Source of the DNA: Gnetum montanum
Taxonomy: Eukaryota; Plantae; Gnetophyta
Reading direction: 5' to 3'
Length of the DNA stretch: 64,000 nt
NCBI GenBank assembly: GCA_015680685.1
Contig: MNCI01002098.1
Coordinates: forward strand, 217,284-281,283
Part shown: positions 50,466 to 64,000 of the stretch, in pieces
How the letters are laid out: the number at the start of each line of letters is the position of its first letter
Position numbering within the stretch: the stretch's first letter is position 1
Notes under the pieces: generated by a model
The model's input: the letters and a program-made list of their open reading frames with translations, nothing else
What the model was told of the DNA's origin: nothing
Database searches by the model: none
Program-made: the position numbers and the translations under genes

Positions 50466-52990
50466 CCAAAGTTGATCCAACAAGTCATCAATGCATGGTA
50501 GACGATATTTGTTTTTCATAATCCCCTAATTTAATTTCCTATAATCTATGCATAACCACAAATCCCCATCCTTCTTTTTAACAAATAGCATAAGTGCACC
50601 CCATGGTGATACACTAGGTCAAATAAGGCCTTTATCCAATAATTCTTATAGTTGAATCTTTAGCTTTACTTTCTCTACAGGAGACATTCTGTATGGAGCC
50701 TTTGAAAGAGGCTTTTTACCAGGTTTAAGTTTGATCTCAAACTCAATCTCTCACCTTGGTGGCAAACCAAGTACTTTTGACTAGAATATAGCAAGGAATT
50801 CATGAACCATAGGAACTTGGACAATCTCCACCATATCTATTTTATAGATTGTAGCCACAAAGCATTCATTCCCTTTTTCAAAGCTTCCTACAGTACATTC
50901 AAGAGTAGAACACATCTAGGCACATAGTCCTTGAACGAGTTTGTACCTCAATCAAAGAATCATCAACTAATTATGGTCGTAGGAGATTTTATCGATAGTC
51001 CAAACTAGCATTGAACTATGACAACCAATCCATCCCCAAAATTACATGATATACCCCAAGATACATAACATGTAAATCACTAACCCACTACACACCTTCC
51101 AATTCTATTGGCACACTTATACACACCTGATCAACTCAAGTTTTGTGACCCCCTAGTAGAAGATACTGTCAACCTAGGAGAAAGAGAATGACATACAAGA
51201 GCTACATGATGTGCAATCATAGGATATATGAAAGAATTGCTAGCACCTAGATCAAATAACATCAACACAGCAAAGCTCAAAATTGTACCTCTCATCTCCA
51301 TCATTGTGTTTGGTTGCATGTCCAAAGGATAGTCTATTAAGGCATACACTCATCCTTGAGTCCTCTAGTCCCCTCCTCCTAGCTAAGTGATTGGTGCTCC
51401 ATGTCCACCCTAAACTAGAGGTCGTTTTCCTTAGCCTCTACCTCCTTCACTACTAGTTGCCTACTTTGGACAATCCTGAGCCCAATGCCCTAGCTACCCA
51501 CATGCAAATTTTTTTTGGAAATTCCTCTACAAATGACTAGGCTACCCACATATATAACAAATAATAGCTCCATGACCAACTCTAATAGTAGGACCACGAG
51601 TAGGTGTTGGGTGCTCTCCTCCATGGCCACAAGCTTACTTAGAGGGGTTAGGCCTCTCTCCAAATGTCAGTCCTCTCTTCTACCCTTGTCGCCTCTTCCT
51701 ATGCACTATGTCTTCCTACTAACTCCTCTCTAAATCCATGGCTACTACTCTAGCTTCATCATAGGAAGTCAATCTGAGATTTAATAGGTGATCCTTCAAA
51801 GATATTCTCAAACCTTGAAAAAACCTATTCACCCATGCCTAAGCATCTATCTACATCTATGGTACATAACTACTTAGCTCAGAGAAATGAGCATCATACT
51901 TCACCCTAGATCAACTACCCTAATACAAATGGTAGAACTTGTTCTCCTTGGCCTCTGCATATTGGGTAGACACATAACAACCTTTGAAAAATGCTAGAAA
52001 ATCATCCCATGCCACCTCTTGACATATCCATTCCTTGGCCTGCTCTTTAGTTATCCACCAATGCTGGGTACTACCAACCAATTGATAAATTACCAAGTAA
52101 GTCTGCTCAATTGATGAACAACCCATTAAATCAAAAGCCTTTTGCAATTCTTCCAACCATTTTGTAGCTATAGTGGAATCCTCAGTTCCATCAAATCTAG
52201 AAGGTCCCAGTTTCTAAAACTACTCCATTAGTTCCCTATTAATAAGTTACCTATTTGATTCTCCTAAACCTCCACTACCACTACCACTTCCCACTTTCCA
52301 GATCATGGGAGCATAAGCGTTACTAGCTACAACATGCTACTGTAGGATATATAACAATTATTGTATAAGCTCTAGTTGCATATTTGTAGGACCATTACTA
52401 GATGTTTGAGGAGATTGCTCTTCTTCATCATTAGACCCTTCTGGTCTCAGGCACCACCAGCATCATGACCATGTCTACTATACATCTCTGTAACCTAAAA
52501 TCATAAATAGATGAGTACCCCAACCATCGTACAACATTGGAGTAAGCTAGCTTTGATACCACAATGTAACACCCCACCCTAGCTAGGGCAAGGTGTTGGC
52601 TAGGATCAAGTAATCATAGAACAAATGCATGATAACTAAAACCAATGATGTGTAGAATACATGATATTAAGGAAGGTCAAATGGTACAGAAATTTCCTAC
52701 CCTACCAAAAACTCATAATACATATCACTTTATAAAAATGCATGCCTCNCAAAAACTCATAATACATATCACTTTATAAAAATGCATGCCTCTACATAAA
52801 GCAAACTATGCACTACTCTACTAAATTACAAGAACACATAAGCATCATCTAGTCCACTGTACTGCACATGAAACTATACATTAACCAAACACTATAGATT
52901 TTCCCCTCTACTCTCCCTCTTTGTACTCATTTAGGCTCCTACGCCTTTCACCTGTAATAAATAAAGTCAATACACGACTGAATGAAAACT
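50466..52990 (-). mobile_element. Chromovirus (Tekay/Del-like) Gypsy remnant: start of RT, PR, gag, tRNA-Met PBS (52550-52561), partial 5' LTR from 52565
   Basis: [21 protein letters not shown]; LFDLGASNSFI; FACG*LGHWAQDC; minus TGGTATCAAAGC next to TGTAACACCCC. Confidence 0.85.
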
Positions 52991-53179
52991 CATGCTCGAG
53001 TTAAATAAAAGGAGGAATAATTTTTTTTACAAAATATTGGGAAGGTATGGAATTATTAACTTAAACAACAAAAAAAAAATTGACTCTTACATGCCACAGT
53101 GGTGTGGTATAAAAATGGAACATAATATTATAAGACAAAAATTGGGAAGCTCATGTAGTACCTGGAGGCAATGGCTCCT

Positions 53180-55874
53180 CCATTAGTTGCTTCCCTTTTT
53201 CACTAGGCTTGTTAAGTTTGTAGTAATAAGGAAATGCCTTAAAATTTGCTTCCTTCATCTGTGGGTCATGTACCATCTATGTTGCTAAACAGATGTGTGC
53301 TGGCACCAGTACGTCCCAAGGATATGGTAGCTATGAAAAAATTTGATTGGCCTTCACATACCAAGCCACAAACTGTCATCATTCTTCCTCAAAGGCCCTA
53401 GCTTTTTCTCTCAATTCATGATAATTTGTCAATCTTCTAGCTAGGTTTGAGGCAACATCCCTCTATCTATGATAGCGAGCATTGATCACCTCTAATTCAA
53501 ATTTTGCCACATGAAGCTTCTACAAAGCATCTTTCTGATATGGAAAGTCTTTTTCATACAATGCATAGGTGGTTGCTACCTACTTCTCTAGCTCATTATG
53601 AGGTCGACTTACTATTAACATGGCAAGGTTGGCATATTTGAGGTTACCCAATACCATGTATTCTTTCAAATCTTTGATCTCTAGTCCTTTATTCTTTACT
53701 TTGACTTGCTAGACTAGTGCATAACTATTCAAAATTGGATACCACTTAGGATTTTGTCCTAACAGGGACCCAATGTGAGCTTTAGCCATATGGATTTTCT
53801 TCTCATTTATTTGCTTATACATGGTTGGTCATGGAAGTGTTCCTTCAGTTTTTCATGCTTCTTGGACTCATTCTGCCATGCATTGATTTCTATTGCAGGT
53901 TTTTATCAAATATCATAGACCTCCTTCATTGAGAGGGTTCTATTTTCTCTGGCCAATTTATTAATGTCTTGATTAACCCTCAATAGTTTTTCTCTTAATT
54001 AGTGGAAACTCTCCTAAAGAATGTTATTTTTCTTTTCAATTATGATCAACCTTAAATTTTTGGAGGTGAGCTGCATGTTTTCCTCTTGCATGGTTGTCAA
54101 TGCCTTTTTATAAGCATGGGATTGTGCATCAGCAGTTGAGGCATTCCAGACTACCTTCTCTCTTTCTTTCTCTATAGCTATGCTCTCCTCAATAATCTTG
54201 GCCAAGAACTCCATATTAAATTATTCTAACTGGTCAAGTGCAATAAACCAAGTAGAATACTAGCATTCAACTCTTAGGGTGGCTAGCTCTTGTTGTAACC
54301 TTTGCACTTTTTCTTCTATGTGCTCTACCCTAACTTTAGCCATAACCAACTTTCCTTTGGTATTATGAGATCTGACTATGTCGTAGTGACATCATTGGGG
54401 ATGTCAAGAAGGGTGGTCATCACTTGCCTATGTGTAGAAAATGATCAAGGACATCCTCATGCACCATATGGATCATCAAAGTCCCAGCTAGCATCTATGC
54501 ATCTCTAGTTCAAATAAGATCTACTGGGGGCATAACAGGCACATTAAATGATGATTTTATGTGATTCATAATAATGTATACTACACCTACCACATCCTGA
54601 TGCTGCATTAACACAACTATGGCACCTTCTCCAGTTTCAAGCATCACATGGAAGGATGTGCCATTTTTAGAGATTTTCTTGGACCACTAGGATCCTCCTA
54701 ATTGGAACAAGATCTCTCCATTTGTTGGATTGGTTGAAATAGTGGGCTATATGACATCATTGATTACTCTAAAGAGATTATACTCATCTCTGCTTCCATA
54801 ACTAATAACCTCAGCTATTTTTCGTAGATGACTCATTGAGGGCCTATAGTCTTATAATGGTAGTAGTGCTGGAGCTTGTGTTTCTAGGTGATATTTAGGT
54901 TTATGTTGTACTTCTACTTCTGGCTCTACTTCCTTCTCTATTTCTTACTCTTCACCAAGATCTTTTCTTGGTGCCATAGGTTTAAGGAGCACTACGAAAG
55001 AGGCATTTGAAGCCTTCCTAGGGATATCATTCATATACCCTAGGATTCCATTACATAACTTTTTGATTAGGCAATGGAATGGGAGTGTTGGTTTTACTAT
55101 CTTTCTCTCCTTGACCTACCTTTGAATTTTAATGAAGTAGAATTGGGGAATATTGGCCACATATTTTCCTATTAAAATAGAACTTCCCCTAGCCACAAAT
55201 GTTAAAATTATATTAAGACCCTTGGTTGGGAAGAGATGGTATGTACCAATCTTGAAATATGTCCTCTCCTCTAAAGTCATTTCATTATATGCCTTTTCTT
55301 CTTTGTTGTATTCCTATCTCAGCGACAACATCCTAGTGTCGAGATCAGACCTAGTGGATAGATGGGCTACTTTAGCCCCATTGTTTGGCAAATTAAGAGT
55401 TGATGAAATTTCCTTAACTAAGAAAGAGACATTAAATATATAGATGTTTATAGTGGTTCCTTCATCTTTGTTGTGCTAGAATTGGTGGGTCTCACCAAGG
55501 TACCATTCACCACTGTTTAAGAGAATTAGCCACAAGGGTGATGCTTGAAGTTGCGTCCAAACCGACTTTGGGGAAAACTCCATAAATAAACCAAAAATCA
55601 TCTCCATGATGACCGTGGTCAATGTGGACTTTTCTTAGATGGTCTCAAGGAATTTAAGAGGCAACGTGAGATGTTGTCCCTGTACTGAAGTTGGTGGTTT
55701 TGTATCCTCTCCTTGGACCAACTATCCTATAACAGGAGCCTCTTAATGAATGCTAAATGATTAGGATTCCTACTCCTTGTGCTCTGCACATTCACCTTAT
55801 TGACCTCAACCACCTCAAGGGTTCTTGGCTACTCTTTGCAAAGGTTCTCCTTGTGCTCCTCTTTTTGAGGCCAT
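53180..55874 (-). pseudogene. Extra (env-like/ORF2-type) ORF of the Athila-like element, decayed, coiled-coil C-terminus
   Basis: Basic N-terminus MASKRGAQ..., PLWLILLNSGEWYLGETHQF...VSF...LNLPNNG, coiled-coil ORF 54014-54214. Confidence 0.5.
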
Positions 55875-57899
55875 CTACAATCAAGCAAAGATCATGTGTT
55901 ATTAAGGTGTCGATTGTTACTGTTAACAGATGTATATCATACTTATGACCTTAATTCATTAAGTTCTTAGTTCATATGATTATAGGGTTAGAAAATGTTC
56001 CAAGAAAAATCCCCAAAGAGTGTTTATCCTCTTTTATAACCCTTCGAAATCGATTCCTTTTTCCTTTTGTATGGCTTATTATAATGGTTATGGTCCCTTA
56101 GGTGGAAAAATTAAAGTTTCTAGCAATACCATGATTGATTGTTCAATATAAAACTTATGGTTTTTAACATTATTACTCTTATAATACCCTCAAACATTAG
56201 AAAATTGTTTAAAATTAGGACAATTTTTCCATGCAAGTAACCCCACCAACTAACTTGAACACTTCGAGTTCATATAGGTTCAAACGTCATGGAAATCAGA
56301 GTAGTAGAGAGCCAAAGATCAGAAGTGGAAAGTGGGTCCATAGAGCTTGGGGTCGCAAGGGAAAATTTGAACAACTACCCTAGCTGTAAATGATGAGAAT
56401 GAAGTTCGGGCATTGCAAGGGTAATATATATAGGTTTTGTATGACCCAATATTAGGTATCTGACATCGCGTCCCACACAATATTGGGTACTCAATATCGA
56501 GGTCCATGAAGAAGCTATAAATGGGGAAACTAAGCATGGAAAAGAAAGATTTGTCATTGGTTAGAAGGTTTGAGCCTAGGTTGATAGCTCTAGGCTAAGT
56601 AGAAAATTAGTTTGAGACACTGAAAGTGTGAAAAGGTGGAGGTGTCAATGTGAAAAGGTTTGAAAGAAGTAAGAAAAAGGGCGTTGAAATTAAGGTTGTG
56701 GATGGATCAGGTTACATGAGAAGGGAAACAACAAACTGTAACAATTAAGGGCTTAGAAGGTGAAGAATGATGTGGTTGTGTCAAACAAGTATAAATCACA
56801 AAATTTATACAAGTGGGTCTTCTCCAAAGAAGGCTCTAGCTTATGATGTCCTTGATTAACCACACCTAAAAATTTCTATAGGCACTAAAGGGGTTGAATA
56901 CAACATGTACCTATGCAATAAAACACACATGTTAAAACCACCAATTTGAGATAATAACTCTATGTTAGAAAAAACCACAAGTTAGGATCAAACAGACAAT
57001 GAGATGAGATGGGTTGTAGAAAGGATTGCAGAAATTGGGATATGAGCAATATTACTATAGGCATAATAAATCCTTGTGTGTTATTAATGGTTAAATAATC
57101 ATGATTTCTTCTATTCAAGATTCAAACCAAGTCCAAACCATATTTTAGTGACATCGCATCATTTCATCACATCAGCAAACAGTCATAAGACTATCATAGT
57201 TGCAAGGAGTAACATCACTTGACTTTTTGTCCAAGGGAGGAGCTTATTTATGGAAGACATGTTTTTTTTATGGATGTTCTAAGAAGCCACCAACCTTTAG
57301 GCATGGGTACATGTCTTTCTAGTAGGACTCGTAGAATTTATCCAATGCCTTTTTATGGTACTCTTACTCCCATTTTTCATTATATCTACAAGGATATAAT
57401 TACAACCTCAAGAACATGATAGAACATAAAAAAGTGGTCAAAGAGAATTCACAAATCCCCTTGATGTCAAACCCCTTACATTCTACCTTGGTTGTGCACT
57501 CTTCTACTCAAAAATGATTATGAATTCATGTTTGGGTTGAATGATGGAAAATAATATCAGTATTACCAGGGTAAGAACCTCTAATTAATGGAATGAGTGG
57601 ATAGATGACATGGTCTCAATGTCCAAATAATTTATCCCTTATGACTTGACAACATAAAGAAAACCCCACCTCAATGATCAACATGATCGTTTTATTCATA
57701 AGCAAGATTACAAGAAGAAATAAAATGAAAACAATAAATAGAAAAAGTTGGAAGGAATAGGAAAAATTGTATCAAGAAATAAGAAAATGACCAAAAAAAT
57801 TATAAAAAAAAAGATGAAAAACACTTAAGAATCCTAAATATTAGAATGGGGGGTAACTCCCAAGGCTAAACATTTGACTGTGACAAGGATTAATAAGTG

Positions 57900-60250
57900 G
57901 ATAAATAGGATCCATGCATGTATAAAATATTGGGAAATGTTCATGCCCAAACCATTGGGTATCTGTTGATTTTGAAGTGGATAGGTAGATAAATCATTGG
58001 TTACACACTTGATTGTTAAATGTTTGGTGGATCAAGGTATGAGATGTGTTATCATTATGAATATTTGGTCCACAATTGCACCCTCAATCATCATATGGTA
58101 TGCATGGATTTTTTGGTCTCCCCACACTTGTAGATTCATTTCTTGAGTTTGGAATTGGAGTAATGATGGATGGTAGCCCTTGTGTACGATTAGAGGATGG
58201 TGATGGTAAAAAGGAAGGCATTACATCATATTGGCACTGTGTTGGTTTGGATGATGTGATAGATCCATGGGTGGTTTTCTTTAGCTTACAAGCTTTCCTC
58301 CATAAGGGATGTTTTCAAAATTACGGTTGAGACCTAGTGGCATTAGCATGTTTATGCACATTTGCAACACAAGTGGCATTAATTTGTTGATATTGTGGTG
58401 CAAAACCTTCCTATGTCTTGGATGGTAGCATGTGATAAGGTGGAGGGTAAGAATATTGAGGTTATGATGGATGGTAAGAGGCACGAGGTGGTAATCCCTT
58501 TGAAGATATCATGGGTTGATGATACTTGGGAGAGTGATAGTGACAATTTGATGTAGAGGATGTAGAACTAGTTGGAGAAATAGGGTGTTAAACATAATAT
58601 CCATGCTGTTTTAGCTGGTAGGAAGGATAGGGCTGATTTGGTGGTGGTCTCCCCCACAATTGTGTTTGTTGTCATTGTTGTTGATGATATTATTGAGTTT
58701 GATAGTGATGAGTTCCCCTAGGATGGTATAGTTGGTTGTGGGGTTGTCCATAATTACCTTGTGAAAGAGGAAATCTCCTAGGCATGTGCTTCTATACAAA
58801 ATTTAGATTTAATGCACCTACCCAATGCTCATGTAGATGTAATAAGATTGGGAAATGGACCTTTTGATGGTCATATATGTAGATGTCACATCCATTATCT
58901 TCTTCTGTGGTTGAGTCTATAGCCTTACTTTTGTTAGTAATTTTTGTTGTTTGCCAAAAAGTGTTCCTAGTTGTTTCTTGGTTCTATATCTTATGCTTAT
59001 TATGATCGCCTAGTTTGTTTTGCATGATCCTCTCCTCAACCATCTCAACGAGAGTTGTAACGTTTTCATATATCCATTTTGACATCCTCTTAAACTTTGC
59101 TTCAAGTTCATCAATAGAATTTTGTATTAGCAAGGTTCATTGTGGGATCATCTTATCGAGATTAGTTTCTTTCTCCTTACCATAGATATGGACCTACTTT
59201 TATTGAAGAGTTGGATCCTAGTGATATTTTGACATTCTCCCATTTGCATATCGCTCCTTCTTCTTTTGTGACATGCTCGATTAGACCTTGAGTTTGATGG
59301 GCTTGTAGCTCATATAATTACCCTTGGACATACATCCCAAGGGTCTCCCTTATTTCATTACAGAGTCCACCTATGATGTGGAAAAGTTGCCTTTCCTTAG
59401 AGAAACCATGGCCTAGGCATCTATTCAATAGGGAATAATATCTTTCTAAGGCCATGTCTAAGGGTTCATGTTGTTATTGTCTCCATCCTTGGGATCTATC
59501 TCCTTAGGTTGGACATCCTCACATAGGTTTGGTATTTCTTGTTGAAGAGTTCCAACATTGTTGACCATCATTGGATTGAATTTATTTTTAACAATCTATA
59601 CCACACTTTGGCTCTATCAATCAGTGTCGTAGGAAAGAGCTTAAGCTTTTGCCACCCACTTTCAATGTTGTAGAAAGCATAGGCATCATGGAAGGCTTAT
59701 AAATGATGATGTAGATTTGAATCATAGCCTCCTACAAATTTAGGAATACTATTCATGTCAAGCTTGGGTAGGCAACTCTATTTGAGATATCTTAACTACA
59801 TCTATGATCTACATTAGGCTCTAAATGGCCAAAAATGGTTCACCATCATTATACTAGTTGTGATAGATAATTTCTATTTAGTTGATTATGATGATTTTGT
59901 CTATGTTCATGTTGATGACTCTAAGTGTTCTTGTGGGTTCAATTTTTGTTTCTATTCCAACCCTTTAGTGGACCTCTATCTTCATACCTATGTACATATT
60001 TGTTAGAACTAGATGTTGAAAGGAAAGAGGAAGATGAGAACTTGGAAGGATTTCCATGGGTTCTATGGTGTTCCCCAAGGTTCCTTAATTTATCATTTCT
60101 TGATTTTGAGGAGGTCTTAACCCTTGAGGCCTTCCCTAGTTCAAGACTTATGCCATCTCCTCCAAGATTTTTTTCCATAGGTGAATGTAGTATTTGAGTG
60201 CCATCATGGTGGTCATGAACATAAGAAACCCCTGCATAAGGTTGGTCACT
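57900..60250 (-). pseudogene. gag: Athila-like gag, decayed
   Basis: Manual translation from 59756: IPKFVGGYDSNLHHHL*AFHDAY...KLKLFPTTLIDRAKVWY. Confidence 0.75.
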
Positions 60251-60462
60251 CTAATTTTCCTCACTATATATCTCCTTAGTTCTTCAATGAATGTTTTTTC
60301 TATAGATTACATTATCACTTCCTTGTAAGAGAGACATTGTTGTTGGTTTATATTGTGTATGATTTAATATTTTCTAAAAGATATATCATTAATACCTTTA
60401 CAGTGATCATGTATAATGTAACTAATCTAGATAACTAGCACCATCCATACCAATAGTGCCAA

Positions 60463-61346
60463 TGATGAGCAATGAGGTACCCCTAGGTTGAACCATACAA
60501 ATCACAAGCATTCACACATGATTTAGTTGAATTTCGTGGATGGGACTAGTTGTGGCATCTAGATCGTTATTCTTTGATCATAGTTTGCTATCTTCCCACT
60601 TGGACTAGTAGTAACTTTGTCAAATATGGTTTAGTCTAAAGTGACGCATATGATGTTGTCTAAATCTATGCTACTCCTAATGATGATAAAGAAATAAATA
60701 AATTAAGCTAATGAATAATAGAAAATAGAATCTAACTAGCCTACGTGTGATGGGTGTTAACTCTTAATCATCTATGTACATCTTGGACTTCATGAGACTA
60801 CTTCTTAGATTACCAAGTGTATGTCACTATGTGTGCCAAATGATACACTACTAGATTACCAAGTACTTACACTTAAACGCTCATGATTAAGGCATACAAA
60901 TTCCACTTAATGACAAGAATAATAAATAGCAATAAATGGAAATGTTAACTAAAGGAAAAGTAAATAGTGAAACCATTAAATAAATAACTAAATCAATAAT
61001 AAATCTAAGTGAATGTAGCAATGATGGAAGTAATCTTGATCTTTATTTCCAATCATGTAATGTGTCCAAGTATGTCACACTCAAACAAAGATGCTATATG
61101 ATTACAAACATCACACTACAAGCATGCATTGGGAATAACAGGGCTTTAAGAAAGACTATAAAAAAATGAGAATTAGAACTATCTTCTCTATCTTGTGTTC
61201 TTTTCCAACCATGCACTCAAGTGCTATATTTATAGGCTAGCACGAAGGAGATGTCATCACTTTTTGGGCTATGATATTAGGTATTCGATATTGGGGCTCC
61301 AATATCATATATCCGATATCGAAGCTAATAGGAACATCACTCATCA
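60463..61346 (-). repeat. LTR of the Athila-like element
   Basis: 7-bp terminal inverted repeat TGATGAG...CTCATCA; minus-strand CCTATAAATA at ~61227-61236. Confidence 0.65.
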
Positions 61347-61800
61347 GTAGGTATAGAAAAGACTAGAGCATCCAATTTAACAATGCCTTATTGGCCTACC
61401 AGTCCATATGGAAGCTTCCTATAGATTATTTTTCATATGAATTAGTGTATGGCAAGTTGCCTAAACTACTAATTTAAATGGGACTATGTACAATAAATAC
61501 TTACTATAAGCTTAATCTTGACATTAGCCTAGCACAAAAAGAATGAATCATGAACCTTAATATGCTAGATGAAAATCATACAGTAGTGCTCATGATGAAT
61601 GAGGTCCACAAGGCATATACTAAACAATGTCATCATGCTAACATTCCATAGGTAGAATTTCATCGTTAAGACAAAGCCCTATATTGGAATCCCACTCATA
61701 TGCCTTAATGCACCAAGTTCCAAACATTGTAGGAAGGATCTTACATCATACATCCTACATTCCAATTGAGTGCCATGCAAATATACCATCCTAACTATCC
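61347..61800 (+). pseudogene. Gypsy (Athila-like) integrase C-terminal remnant
   Basis: NALLAY, SYELVYGK, KLNLDI...LNMLDE, L*EGSYII (WxGPY motif) by manual translation. Confidence 0.6.
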
Positions 61801-62699
61801 ACATAGACTTATTTTGCTCACTCTACTATTGTAGAAGGTAGATTCTCACTCACATGTAACCTCTACCACTTTTGAGATTTATTTCATCTTCCATACCTCC
61901 ATATTTCATTTGAGCTTTGGTGGATGTTGAACAAATAAAAATCAACCAAAACATATGTCTAAATTAAAAATAGAAAAAATAGTAAATTATCTTCCCTAAA
62001 TGATAATGATATAGAAAAAAATCCTTGTATGGCTAAGATCTCCAAAACAGACTCTAAACACTAAGAAAAACTTAAGGTCAATGATTGGATCCAAGGAAAA
62101 TTTGAAACAAGATCTAAAAATAAGGCATAATAAAGATCTTGGTTAACAACGTAGATCTAGATCTATCTCTTTTGCTGATCTAGTAGGATGATCTTTCATG
62201 AAATGATTGCCAAGTATATATGCTTGCAAGGATAAGGAAACATTCAAAAAGAAGAAGAAGAAGGAAATCTCATAGGAAAACTAAAAATAAAAATAATTTT
62301 AATTATAAAATTATTTTTCTAACATGGGTTATTTTTCTAATGGGCACTTCCTAAGGATAAGCTTATAGCTATCTCTAAGCCTAAGTATATAGCTATGTCT
62401 ATGTCCATCTAATAATAAAGTCTAAGATTAAAACATAACTAATAAGGGGCTAAGTCAAAACTTCAACAAAAGGGCTTAGTGCACATAATCTAAAATAAAA
62501 GAAAACCACAAGATATCAAAATACAAAACTACTAAAAAATTTTAAAGATATAAAATTATTAAAAACATGAAAAATGCTATAAAATAAAATAAAATAAAAA
62601 TAAAATTAAAGCCTTAGAATATTTTTAAAAGGAAATTAAAAGAGAATAGCAAATGATATAGCTCAAACCACAAAAGCATAGCTAACCAAAGAAGGATGT

Positions 62700-63320
62700 T
62701 AAGTCTAATAGTTGTACCACTTATGTTTAGGTAATGATTTGATTACAACAAAATAATAGACGAACACATTCTTAAATAGAGAATGGATGTTGGATATAAT
62801 TCTTGAACAAGATTTTTTATGATTGATCAACATATTTTCTCTTGGATTTGATGTTTCAAAGATGTTACCTTTAACTAAAATGATGATACAAGGTGCCATA
62901 TGGAACAATGATTTTTTAGTGATGGGACATGAAAAGTATGATGTGATTCTTGGGATGGATTGGTTGGTTAAGTATGATGGATGTTTGGATTGTAAGAACA
63001 AAAATATCATACTAATTTTCATAAGTAAAAATGAAGTTACTATCCAAAACATTAAGAGACAAATTAAGCTTGGCCTGGTGACAACCACAAATTTTCAACA
63101 GTTGCTTAAGCAAGGTTATTGTTGTTTTATGATTTTAGTGCACAAAGAGACTAACCAAGAGATAGATCAGATTTTGATAATTTAAGAGTTCGTAGATGTA
63201 TTTAAGAAATACCTACTTGAAGTCTCTCCTCATAGAGAGATTGATTTTGAGATTACACTCAAGCCTCTAACACAACCAATTTCCAAGGAACCATATTGAA
63301 TGTCTCCAATGGAGTTAGTA
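62700..63320 (+). pseudogene. Chromovirus-type protease/pre-RT remnant
   Basis: YDVILGMDWL...LDCKNK; EFVDVF...PHREIDFEITLKPLTQPISKEPY*MSPMEL. Confidence 0.75.
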
Positions 63321-64000
63321 TTAGAGCTAGGTTTTCATCCTGGGATCTATGGTTTAAAATATTTTTCTAACATCACTTAATACCCAACAATAGCTAAGGT
63401 GAATTCTTGTAATATTTTTTCAAGCTCTATCTCTATACTAGAGTCCACAGTATCCCTTTCTTTATTTAGTGTTGGTAATTCCTATGATTACATCTCTGCA
63501 AACTTTAGCATACCTTCAACCTCTCCTTAGAATTTGGAAAAATATTTTGTATATTTTCATTTTCTTACTATGCATTAATTCAATATTTATTTAATACCTC
63601 ATTTTGTGCCAAAGCATCATAAAAAACTATTTTATTATTCCTCAATGTTGTCATATAGGCTTCTACTCCAAACTAATGTCCCACCATGGCATAGTTCATA
63701 AACATTAATTCATACAATAAATCATTATTTACTATGATTTAGTTGATCTTAAAAAGTCTACCAAGGTCTTTTCTAATCATGTCTCTAATTACTAATGGAA
63801 TATCATTTACATTCAAATTTTAAAAATCTTTCTTTACAACTTTGTTATACAATGTTTCCTCCATGGGGGCTCTTTTGAACTAATGCCTTAAAGAAGTTAT
63901 TTTTGTTTCTTGATGAATAATATTATTTTGGAAGCTATGATGCTACATCACTACACACCTTATGGATGAACTTAGATAGCCACATTCTAATTTACTCCAC

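Larger units (their letters stand above)
53000..61346 (-). mobile_element. Athila-like, apparently pol-less element: 5' LTR, gag, extra downstream ORF; 3' end not found
   Basis: LTR with TGATGAG/CTCATCA termini; degenerate tRNA-Asp-like PBS ~60444-60461; gag and a second decayed ORF on the minus strand. Confidence 0.65.

Noticed and set aside
61800-64000. AT-rich tail (apart from 62700-63320) as a DNA transposon or host gene
   Set aside because: No recognisable motifs, termini or convincing ORFs; left unannotated

Overview
Plant nuclear DNA made almost entirely of nested, decayed Ty3/Gypsy LTR retrotransposons; no host gene is recognisable. Four related Tat/Ogre-like elements on the minus strand (A-D, all with a tRNA-Asn-type PBS) form a nest. 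A (855-18754, full length, TSD AGTAC/AGTAT) and B (24382-42345, TSD ACTAG, RT/RH deleted) are inserted in C. C is inserted in D, and D abuts a Tekay-like chromovirus (50466-~52990). Further right are a pol-less Athila-like element (gag plus extra ORF, LTR 60463-61346) and small Gypsy remnants. Three things stand out. (1) In this family gag-protease and RT-RH-aRH-INT are separated by ~5.7 kb that carries an antisense multi-exon gene, whose intron positions and phases are conserved across three diverged copies. (2) Short-motif arrays (YAGTTTA-NN-GYC-N6-GRC, with compensatory stem changes) and family-specific CpG-containing motifs are amplified in non-coding parts. Together these suggest a TE-encoded trans factor plus cis-target system; that function is inference only. 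(3) A ~4.3 kb endogenous caulimovirid fragment (tRNA-Met PBS, movement protein, coat protein zinc knuckle, aspartic protease) is captured just downstream of the protease core of B. Most single Ns are flanked by short duplications and are treated as assembly artefacts. All alignments and counts were done by eye.
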